A stretch of 64,000 nt of DNA from Balanoglossus misakiensis. Lineage: Eukaryota; Animalia; Hemichordata. The notes under the pieces were generated by a model, which was not told where the DNA came from, did no database searches, and saw nothing but the letters and a program-made list of their open reading frames with translations. Of the stretch, positions 50,710 through 61,221 are shown in pieces. The DNA is taken from contig CM082579.2 in the NCBI GenBank assembly GCA_040954595.2, positions 10,095,625 through 10,159,624 of the forward strand. The letters are read 5' to 3'. Every line of letters begins with the position of its first letter. Positions within the stretch are counted from its first letter, which is position 1. A program made the position numbers and the translations under genes.

Positions 50710-53700
50710 TAAATGGCCAATATTTCTTTTTACTTCCTGGTATCAAGGTCTTTTTAATCACATGACTCACACAAGCAACGGACAGCATTGTTTGTACTCA
50801 AGATTTTTAGCTGGTTGACTAGGCCTTGCCTGTTGCATAATTTGCTAAAACTTCTCCCTATTTTCTGTTGATACTGCTAAATATTCCCTGACAATAATCA
50901 AATTATAATATTATTACATTTGATCTGTGACGTCCTGTGCACGAGGAAAATGTGGAATATAATTCTTCACAGATTCAAGTTGCCAATATGCTACCAGTGG
51001 TGATAACACAAAAACATTATGCAATTTTTATACTGAGAAACGGCTGTGCACAGTTACAGGAAGTTACATGTACGTGAAATTTGGGTGGATCAAACTTTTA
51101 GTGCACAACGAAATCATGACAAAGGATACAAGCAAAGATATGTGCAGACTATTTCTAGCTGTTTCCTTTGTTTCAACTGCGCCCAAGCAGGTCTCCCCTG
51201 CCTAGGGCAAAATCATTGGTCCCTTGCTGAACCATCAACCCACTCCTCATAAAGATGGTCTGTACACACATCGGGTGACTGTTACTAATCATGGCAGAAG
51301 GCTGGAAAGTCACTGCACATACAAATGCACATGATGTACATGTAATCACACAATAAAACTAAAGTAATGTAGAGACTGGAGGAATTATATCATTCATACA
51401 ACCATAGTATCTTAAAACTTCACACATCCCTATACTGTGAATTCATCATTCTGTCATAAATCAGATCTAGTCTACATGCATGTGGCCACCACTGATTGGG
51501 AGACCATGATGGCTGTCGATCAAATTTTAAAAACTTTCTTTACAAATGGACTTAAAAAAACTTCCATTTCTTTCACATAACCCTACGAATCATTGTGAAA
51601 TTCAACATTACATTAAGTTCTAGCTCATTTATTTCATTGAAACGTTTTTTTTTTTAAGTTTCAGAGGGAACACTGATGAACACTTATATGATCATTCAAC
51701 AACAGTTATAAATATTACAAAACAAACCTCCTGGTAAGCACACTCCATTCAACAATTCAGACAGTGTACAAAGTTGAAAACAGTTATTAATCATGCAATA
51801 TAATTTGGGAAATTTGATACATATATTTATGGCACAATGAAATACATTGTATTTTACAGCTGAGTACAAGTTTTGAAGTACATGAACTACTGTATGTAAT
51901 ACCGGTAAGTTGTTATGCAAATAATAAAAATAAATATCAAAATAAACAAAATACAAAGTTTTTGAACCTCAATATGCATTAATTAAGTGCAAAGAAATGA
52001 AACTGATGAACATTAAGTTTCCACCACATTACAATTATCTAAACAACAGCACACAACAGCTATAAAATGACATGTAAGGTCATACATGTATGATCTCAAA
52101 CCTGTCCATGTTTACATTAGTAATTCAGTTATGTTTGTGCCTACTAGATTTTAGGTCCATAAATAAGTCACATGACTCTCTCCCTTAAAAATATACGATC
52201 CATTTATAACTGACAATGTACTATATGATCTACTGGTATAAAGCATACATGTATACTTTGGTCCGCAGGTACATATACATTGACTGACCTGGAGAATTGA
52301 GAAGTACACAATGGAGCTAAGACCACAATATCATACTTATAATCTTCTTACTAGTAAGTCATGTAACATATCGAATACACATATTACATCAACTGAATAT
52401 GCTCATTTCCTTCTTCCGCTATCTTAACACTTGCCCACTTCTCTCTGATCAACTACATGCAGTTAAAAGTGAGGGTGTGTAAGTGCACCTCTTCACATTA
52501 TTCACATTGCACTGTACCACTCTACTGTGGAAACAATGAATAACACACACACACACTAGGAAATAGCTACTCAGAAAATTCCACACATTTAAGCCATTTC
52601 TTGCTTTATGACCTCTCTCAAGTCTTAATTGTCTTCTTCTTGCTGAGCCCAAAGCAGTGGATAGACTTACAAAGGGGAACATTTACATGTACCTCCTTGA
52701 TTGTACCCTGATCAGAACCACAGTCCCTCAAGAAAGGGACTGTGTCAGAATTTTGACCAAAAATGCCATGCCAAGGATGAGAGCCCATAGGGGTAAAATT
52801 ATCTGTAGCTGCATGAATACAATAAACCTCATGAATATTGAACAGCAATGAAATCTTTGCAGGAAAAACCTGTCAGTGGACTGTGGGACTAGTAAGTTTG
52901 CATTTATAGTATACCTGTTTGTGCAATAATATCACCAGAATAAATTTAAGTACAGAAACTAAACCAAGTTCTTAAATTGAACTTCTGCAAATTATAATGA
53001 CACCCCATTGCTTATTGACACCACTGTATTTCTTGTTTATTGATTATTTAATCATGATTGTATATAATCTAATTACCACACTTCAGATGAAGAACATTTT
53101 CCCAGGATCATTTTTCCCACCAAGATTAAATTATCATTCAAATGGGACACTCAATCATGTTCTACGTGCAAAAAAAAGATGTACCTTCTGAAATAACACA
53201 GATTTCTTACCTGTGTCTGACATTTTAAGTATTTTAATTTTTAGAATCTAACTTGTCGAAGTATAGTTGTTCTGGTGGTTCATCCTGATACATGTACATA
53301 CATGTATGTATGGATGTCTATCTACATATTCCATTGATACTGAGGCCTAAACTGATTTACAGTTATCATCTAAACCACATCTGAGAGTCAGTATGTATTG
53401 TGTGTCAAGCTCTGAACTGCTTTGTGTGGTTCCGCTTCCTGTCACTGTCAGTCGCATATTGAATTAAATCATGCAGGGTGAAAGTAAATGGTCAGCATTA
53501 CTGTATTGTAATGTCATGTAATTTGTAAATTTCGCCTTCAGGAGACAGTGTGCACATTGATGTTGTCATTTTTCAGTTCAAGCTGTTTTATCTACAACCC
53601 ACCGCTAGGCACCACAATATACGGTCATGGGCTATGGTTGAGAGGCAGGGTTGAGAGGGTTATAAACTACAACAGGAAGTACATGTAGTATCGAAACAGG

Positions 53701-53999
53701 CCCAGGCGGTCCACCATTTTGACCTACAACGCCTACTAAAGTAAAGAGCACACGGCAGTTGTGGTAAAATTGGGGGAAACTGCGAATGTATAAACGTCTG
53801 GGGACTATAAGATGGTTACACTGAATTGACAAGAACGTGTTACTTCTTTCGGCACAACAAGGACGTGTTATTATCAATGACGCGAATGGGGTACTGAGAT
53901 TGTTAAGTTTTGAGATCGATCAGACACGTTGGGCGTTTCAAGCACAACAAACAATCGAAGAGCACAGCCTATTTTACACCGACACCCCTTCACTGAAAT

Positions 54000-55200
54000 A
54001 TTGTCTGTACTTACAAAATATGGTCTGCGGTCTAATGTGGCTAATACCCCGTAATTTCGGTCAGTTGACGACGCAACAGCACGAGAATTCCCGTACAAGG
54101 ACCTGATCGACGATCAAGGAAGGGATTTCCTTGTGTATTCTTTATCGCCGTTCCCATAAACAATCACACTCCCACCGGCGAAATCTGTAAGATTAATTTC
54201 CTTCAACAATATGTTGTACGTTTTGATGCAGTGAGGAGGCATGAAATTTTGCACACAAGTCACTAGCTACAGGAAAATATTTTTAACTAAAGATTAAACC
54301 AAAATGGTAAACGTTTTCGACACATCAACAACCAAATATTGACCTTCTAATAGCCGTAAAGGTCGACCCCAATCACATGAATCACAGATACTACTATTTC
54401 CAAAATGGGGACTGCAGGTTCTTCGGACCATTTTTGCATAGTGTGCGTGCCACAGACGGGATATTACTAACGTACCGGTTTTCGCAACCTTAATTAGTGA
54501 TTTTAAAAACCCATATATGTTCATCATTAGTTATTCCGTCAAATAGTAAAAAGACTAAGTCCCCACCCACTGTCGAATCACCCCCACAAATGCATGGTAT
54601 GATCTCAATGGTCAACTCAATCCATCGCCAGTCAGTATCTACACAGATGGAATCGCGGTGGGAACATATCCTGGCGGTGCAATACTATAGTTTTCAGTAA
54701 AACACTGAAAAGTGGAATGTTCAGTTTTCTGTGTTTGTAATTTCAAGGTGCGTATTATCGATGAATGGATTTTTGAGTAGCTCTTTTTTACAATATCTCA
54801 CAAAGCTAGCAAATCTCCATCGCATCGACGATGAGATTGAGAAGAGCGAACGGTACGTGTCAAAATGAACAGAAGGAAATTATTTCAAACTAAATTGCAT
54901 TCCAAAGTTTCGCTCGAAATTAATATGGCCAAATAATTGTTGCCGACACGCACTTTCGGAAAATCCGATCGCGTAAATCGTTGAAAATGTGTCATTGACA
55001 TGTTCACGATTGTTGTTCATGGCCGACGCCATTTTGGTGGAGGTCAGAGGTTACTGGCAACGTACCAGCTGTTCGAGAAAAAGAGAAACCCTGGCACAGT
55101 CGGTGTCTGAGGCCGTGTAGTTATAATATGCTGTAGTCTTGTTTTACTTCATTTTTTTCTAACACATTTATTCATATTGCTTTGGTACTTATTTTTGAAT
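54000..55200. promoter_or_regulatory. Probable CpG-retaining bidirectional promoter region between ARAP (minus) and the zinc-finger gene (plus)
   Basis: CpG dinucleotides reappear here relative to the flanking introns. YY1-type CGCCATTTTG at 55027-55036. Polypyrimidine acceptor ending at 55216 for a ZF 5'UTR intron. Candidate minus-strand GTAAGT donor at 54014. Confidence 0.5.
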
Positions 55201-55350
55201 TTTGCTGTATCCCTAGGGCAACATGTCGTATCAATGGTAAAATGGTTGTTGAAAGAAGCAGCCATTGTTGGTGGTGGTACAAATCACAGGTGCAAGTGAA
55301 CTACCGGTAATGTAATGTAGCCAGAGACAGAGAGAAAACCAGAGGTGTAA

Positions 55351-57390
55351 ATGGAAGGTGATTCAGGCCAAATGGAAAACACCTTGACTCAAGAAGAAAT
55401 GTTGGTCAGCAACAGAACTTATGAAGTAGACGTTGACTGTGTGAAAACCAGAGAGGATATTCAGGCTGAGGGCCCGCAGAGTGATAATATAAACCTTGTG
55501 GCTGAAATTATGCACCTGAACGAACAAAGCAACCTTCCGAATATTGTCATTCAAAAAAGTGTCTTGGATTCCATTGTTGATTCTCATATGCAGGGCCATC
55601 CTGATCTGTCCGACGCCATTGGGACGAGTCCACAGGATGTTGAGATGTTCCATCTCGGTGTGTGCGAGTCTGAAGTTGTCATAGACCACACCGAAGTCGT
55701 TGACACTGACGCGAATCCCACCCAAGACGATGCTAATGATCTTGAACATGCCCTACATGATAAACAGAACGGGCACAGTAATTCTCCAGGCAAAACCAGT
55801 ACGTGTAGCTTTCAAAAGTCTGACGATTTCCACAGCAGTAGCGAAGAGTACGTCAAGGTGGAAGTTCTTCCAGAAACAGCATTTTCTTTTTATCCCGAAA
55901 ACAACCCCACTGATCAGCCCGTAAACGTCGCAGTCAACAGCAACTTTACATTCGACTTGGAAAATCAACACAAGAACGATGCGGCAACGGAACAAATTCA
56001 AGTTGGGAAGAAGAGGAGAAAGAGGAAAAGTTCCAGGAGCAAGAAACGGAGACATGGGAAACAAAGGATAACTGTGCGCATTAAAAGCAATTGTGTGGTT
56101 GATACAAACATTGGTTCAACTCAAAGAAAACATATCGACGAAGGGGAACAATGCAGCGGTGATAAAAGCAGTGGTGAAGAAGATACACCAAGCATTGGAG
56201 GCTACGCTATTCGCAAGGCTGACAGAAGGAGAGGCAGTGATTCAAAGAAAGCTCAGAAATGCAAAGATTGTGGCAGGAGCTATGACAAAAGCTACTTTGC
56301 GCAACACAAGAAAAAGTGCATCAAAGAGAAATTTCAATGCCCCACATGCGGGAAACATCTACTGACGGGTAAAATGTTACAGAGGCATGTGGTGTCGTGC
56401 GGCAAGGAGAAGTCCAAAGTGGAAGTCTACGACGAGGAATCCGAGGAGCCCGGGATGTTTCAGTGTCGAGTGTGCCCTTTCGTGACGACGGTGAGCGAGA
56501 TCTTCAACGGCCACCAGAAGACCCACTTTGTGGAGCGCTGCGAGAAACTCAGCAAGAAAATCTACACCTGCGACAAGTGCTCCTACACGTGCACGGTCGA
56601 GAAGGCGTTGATCGCGCACGCCAAGAGCGACTCCTGCGGGACGGCGCACACCATGGTCAGCTGCAAGATCTGCGGCAACGACTTCCGGGACACCGACGAC
56701 CTGGCCGCCCACATCCTGCTGCACCGGGTGGAGAACGGCTACATGTGCGACATCTGCGGCGCCGAGTTCTTCACCACGCAGAAGGTGATCCAGCACCGGC
56801 GCACGCACACCAACGAGCGGCCGTTCCGCTGCGACTTCTGCTCGTACTCCTGCAACCGGGAGGACAACCTGCAGACCCACGTCAAACGGAAGCACCGGTC
56901 CGAGATGGAGGAGACGACCCAGGCAGAGTCCAACAACGCAGGCGTGTGCAGAGCAGGCGCCCGCAACACGAAGAGTAGGGCCGCGAGGCAGGGAAAGAGA
57001 AACCAGAACGTTGCGGACCAAAAACGACTGCGAAAGAAGACAATCTCGCAGCTGACCGAGAGCTTCCAAGTCAACTCCGGCGGCAAGAACGGCGTTTACT
57101 GTGTGGATAGGCGAAGAAAACCGGTGAAACTCTCCAGACACCTCAGCTGTAAGATCTGCCAGATAGAGTTCACTTTTCTGGCCAAGAAAAACGAACACAT
57201 GGAAATGCACAAGAGCGGCGACAGGTACAAATGCGAGCTTTGCGACTTCAGAGTTTTGTCAATCAGCAAGTTGGTTGAACACATACGCATGCATACAGGC
57301 GAAAAACCAAATAAGTGTGAGTACTGTGACTACAGATGTGCTAAACGAGATAATTTATTGACCCATATGAAATTGAAACATTGTAAATGA
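55351..57390 (+). CDS. C2H2 zinc-finger protein (679 aa): acidic N-terminus, basic NLS, ~10 fingers (some atypical, C2HC)
   Basis: Single long ORF with CxxC...HxxxH fingers, linkers HTNERPF and HTGEKPN, and NLS KKRRKRKSSRSKKRR. Confidence 0.92.
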   Translation: MEGDSGQMENTLTQEEMLVSNRTYEVDVDCVKTREDIQAEGPQSDNINLVAEIMHLNEQSNLPNIVIQKSVLDSIVDSHMQGHPDLSDAIGTSPQDVEMFHLGVCESEVVIDHTEVVDTDANPTQDDANDLEHALHDKQNGHSNSPGKTSTCSFQKSDDFHSSSEEYVKVEVLPETAFSFYPENNPTDQPVNVAVNSNFTFDLENQHKNDAATEQIQVGKKRRKRKSSRSKKRRHGKQRITVRIKSNCVVDTNIGSTQRKHIDEGEQCSGDKSSGEEDTPSIGGYAIRKADRRRGSDSKKAQKCKDCGRSYDKSYFAQHKKKCIKEKFQCPTCGKHLLTGKMLQRHVVSCGKEKSKVEVYDEESEEPGMFQCRVCPFVTTVSEIFNGHQKTHFVERCEKLSKKIYTCDKCSYTCTVEKALIAHAKSDSCGTAHTMVSCKICGNDFRDTDDLAAHILLHRVENGYMCDICGAEFFTTQKVIQHRRTHTNERPFRCDFCSYSCNREDNLQTHVKRKHRSEMEETTQAESNNAGVCRAGARNTKSRAARQGKRNQNVADQKRLRKKTISQLTESFQVNSGGKNGVYCVDRRRKPVKLSRHLSCKICQIEFTFLAKKNEHMEMHKSGDRYKCELCDFRVLSISKLVEHIRMHTGEKPNKCEYCDYRCAKRDNLLTHMKLKHCK

Positions 57391-57622
57391 CGTAGAACTG
57401 GGGGTTTGGTGACAGAATTTTTGAATGCAATTGTCATTTCTAGGAATAATTGCCTAGCCAGAGCTCTTTGAACTGTGTATCTGATAGTGAATATCCTGTC
57501 AAAAAATTTAACATCTCTTTTGCATCCAAATGGCAAGGCGCTGTAATTTCTGGTGTGTTCCACCACTCAAGCTGCATGTTAAGTGGTAATAACTTAAGTT
57601 ATTAAAGGCAATTTGGTTTGTT

Positions 57623-57637
57623 TGATTGATTGCTTGC

Positions 57638-57719
<82 letters not shown>

Positions 57720-57720
57720 A
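57623..57720. repeat. (TGAT)n microsatellite
   Basis: Read directly from the sequence. Confidence 0.95.
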
Positions 57721-59430
57721 ATTAAATTGTTGATTCAAGTGAGGGTTATGAATTGTTTGTCTTTTATTATCAGATGATGAATTAATGCTGCATGATGTAG
57801 AAATTGAATAAATATCTGAAATGTATAGCAGTGGATTTGTGAGCTTGTCATAAGTAAACAGTATATTTCTTGATGTCATATTGACTTGGTGAAGAATTTG
57901 ATTTTCAGGCTGGATGAAATGGATGCCAAGTTGAAAGTTTTGAAGTGATCATTAATACAAGCCACGTTAACTACTTCTGCATACACACCTCAAACTAAGA
58001 AACATTCAGCTATGAAATACTTAACAGAAGATTTTGACATGTAGACACTGAAGATCTTTCAGACTGATACTTTTTTGCAAACAACTGGGTGGGTACTTTT
58101 CCATTGATGATTTCTGTGATCTTTTTGTGTTTTCAAACCTGCAATCGTAGTTCCCCTTTTTTGGAGAATAACGTTGAGAGATCACTTGAATTGTTTTTGC
58201 TTTTGTTAAACTGTTCACCCCTTGTAGAACACACACAGTTTCCTTGTGACCCCACATAGTTTTTGTCAGTCGGTAAGCTTTTCGGGAAGTTTCTTATCAC
58301 CATGCATATGAGAGTTTGGAAGAAACTTGCTGATGAAATCATGGGATATGTGGATAGTTGCATGAAATTTCCTTTTAATATTTGATTGGAAATGTAATAT
58401 GCAAAGTGCATGGCAATTGTTGTGATTGCTCACCGGGTGTGAATAATTTTTCAACATTTTTCATCAGCTGTAGTTCTGTTCAGTGTTAGTACACATACCT
58501 CGGTATTCTTTAGTATCAGTCACGTGATCTGGCCATGTGACCCATGGCGTTATCATTTCCAAATGACGGGCAAGCAATATTTCGGCATCCAGTAAAAGTG
58601 TTTCCGAGTACAATGTATGTTTTTACTTTAGAACTGCCAGACACGTAACATGTGTCAGGTATGGTGCCTCATCAGCCTCATAGCGTTTCATCTGCACAGT
58701 CCTTGACTCACCATGTTGCTGAAGTTGTCCGTCATCTGGAAATTTGAATGCTAACGTAACTGCGCCTGAGCACGTCTAACGTCATTTGATATCGAACAAT
58801 ATAAGGGTGCTCCAAATCTTTTGACTGATGTTCCCTTTGGTACCAAGGTTCCCAAATCGCATGCCAATATTCCTCAACCAGTGCAAGTGGCTGTTTGCCT
58901 CATCAGGTCATACACGCAAAAAATACCCGTACCACAGCTGCTCTGGTAATAATGTACCAGCATTCCCATACATGTATTCCCTTTGCTTTATCTGCTGTGC
59001 TACTCTTTCATGTTCTCTACTGTACAATTGAAGTATTGGTTGATATTGTGTAGCAAAGTTTGTATTGGATTGAGATGTTGAGAAACTTATTTATTATAAT
59101 ACCGGCATATTGTCAAATTTACGGTTGCTTTTGTAATTATTTATTTATCTGCTGTACATTCCTTACAGTGCTCGCTTCATTGAATTAAAAGAATAAAATA
59201 TTTATAGCTGGTGCAAACGCAAACAGTTGTGGTTTTGTGTTCTGCAGTACAGTACGCTTGGTCTCATGTTTATGTAAAGGGACATAGAACAGAGTGTGTG
59301 TCAAAATCTACACTGTGTGGCAACTAAACAGCACATTATCAGATGCAGACAGTTACCACTATCGAAAATGAACTTGTGCAACCTTCCATAACACATTATT
59401 TTTAGAGTTGTCAATGGAAGTCCTGATCAG

Positions 59431-59529
59431 TGGATGTAGCGCCACCAGTGGCAAAAATGATTTGTCTTCAATGGTACCCGACTCTGATGTTTGTTCCCAT
59501 TTCTGCCACTGGCGGCGCTGTGCATTCCA
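59431..59529. repeat. Imperfect inverted repeat, possibly a small MITE
   Basis: tggatgtagcgccaccagtggcaaaaatg pairs with catttctgccactggcggcgctgtgcattcca. Confidence 0.6.
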
Positions 59530-59886
59530 ATCCAGAGCCTAGCCAGCACTCCAATTTCAGTACACCACCACAGTTCGCCAGCCGACCGTGTATGTTAACT
59601 GATGCTAGAAGTAGCCAAGCCTGTCTTTAGTGGTCCTTTCCATATAGTGGCCACTAGGTTACGATCCCTGTGCAGTTTACATGTACATGGGCATTTATAG
59701 TACACAATGTATTTTCAACAAGAGCCTTGAGACGGTGCACTAATTTCTTGTTTGCATAAAACGCATTGAATAGTAACGTTAACTGAACGGACTTAAACAA
59801 TTCTCCATCGTTTCATTTTTTGTTTTTCCTGAAAACTGAATATACTAGTATACAATAAAGGGGATGTGGCGATTTGGGCTAATGTC

Positions 59887-59996
59887 CAATCTGATTAAAA
59901 TCAGATGTAGGGAACGGCGACGTCTTTTACTTACGCGGTACGGGTTTTTTATGCAAAAGACGTCACCGTTCCCTACATCTTATATTAATCAGATTG
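59887..59996. mobile_element. 110-bp palindromic MITE with a 9-bp TSD (Mutator-like TSD length)
   Basis: Arms caatctgattaaaatcagatgtagggaacggcgacgtctttt / aaaagacgtcaccgttccctacatcttatattaatcagattg. Direct repeat gctaatgtc at 59878-59886 and 59997-60005. Confidence 0.85.
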
Positions 59997-60265
59997 GCTA
60001 ATGTCGCACTTTGAGCAGTCTTTGATTCGTCACTGTCACAGCTGCTATGTCTCCCAACAAAGGCAAATTTCAATAAAACATCGCCGGCAAGAGACGAACA
60101 TTTCAATAAAAAGCATTGTCGGAAAATGCCTCTTTTCGGCTTAAATACATATTCTGTTTGTTAACTTAAATTTGTACACAAATCTGATGGGATCATATCT
60201 TTGATACCAGAGCAAAGACGGACTAAAACCTTTCTATAAACTTCGGACCATTTAAACGATATTTG

Positions 60266-60694
60266 ACGCTGGCTATCATTGTTTCGCCAACAACTCAGCA
60301 GACAGCGTTTGGTTTTTCGCTCTTGTTTTTTTCACCCTCCTCCGCCAACGTCAACCCCTTTGCTTTGCATAGGTTGGCGTTAGCGTTTTTGAGGCTCCCA
60401 ACCTATGTGCTTATATTCAGTGGTTTACTGACTCCATTTTTTTTGCGGAGCATGTCGTCCATTTTATTGATTTTGATGATACCAATTATGGCCACTTCTT
60501 GAATGGCGTGTCGGTCTGAATTGCGGTGGATGGCAACAGGCATATTTGATTTTCGACAGATTCTTGAGAGGTGGTTATTAAATCTCAGGCGGAATTCGGT
60601 CTTTGTACGTCCAAAAATATTATATGCCTCATCATGTGTCACGTGTCAGCGATGCGGAAAACAGTACATGTACATAGGAGAAACAAAGACCGAA
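60266..60694. mobile_element. Degenerate Penelope-like retroelement fragment (GIY-YIG endonuclease), internally inverted
   Basis: Plus strand 60616-60694 reads NIICLI../TCQRCGKQY(MY)IGETKTE. Minus strand from 60606 reads TKTEFRLRFNNHLSRICRKSNMPVAIHRNSDRH, the CCHH-type GIY-YIG pattern of Penelope elements. Confidence 0.75.
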
Positions 60695-61221
60695 GTAACA
60701 TCAATTACAACGACAGCTGCCACTGCCACAAAACATAAAATCAAGTATACACACAGGGCATGAGATCACTTTCAATACTTTCAATAGATTCAATTAATAG
60801 TTTTACCACCCTAATTTAATCCATGCGTTGTATCTGATTGAGTGATTATTGTCCTGGAATCTGGGGTTACGTTGACAATGTGAAATGTGATCCTTTACAA
60901 GATAGATGTGTTGAATCACAAAGTACTCTTGCAACAGGTTTCTGTTGCCTTTCAAAACCGAGATAAAAATGCGCTATGACCCCCATATGTTTGAACAATA
61001 ATCTAAATGTGGCAATAATGGATGTATTAAAACGCTTATCCCAGGTCAAAGTATCAACACCTGAAAGCTTTTCCTGCTTGACGCATCACCAGTTGTGACA
61101 GATACAATTACCAATTCAGCTGTCCCCAAGCTGTGTATCGCCACGATTAACATTCACGGATCAGAGCTGCAGTTCTTCACATTTTCATACATCATCAAAC
61201 AAAGAATCGCCTTCCTTTACG

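Noticed and set aside
56377-57210. 277-aa minus-strand and 193-aa alternative-frame ORFs
   Set aside because: By-products of the high GC3 in the zinc-finger exon; no recognisable motifs.
59436-59452. CTCF-like motif in the hairpin arms
   Set aside because: One base short of the CCACYAGRKGGC core spacing; better explained as repeat sequence.
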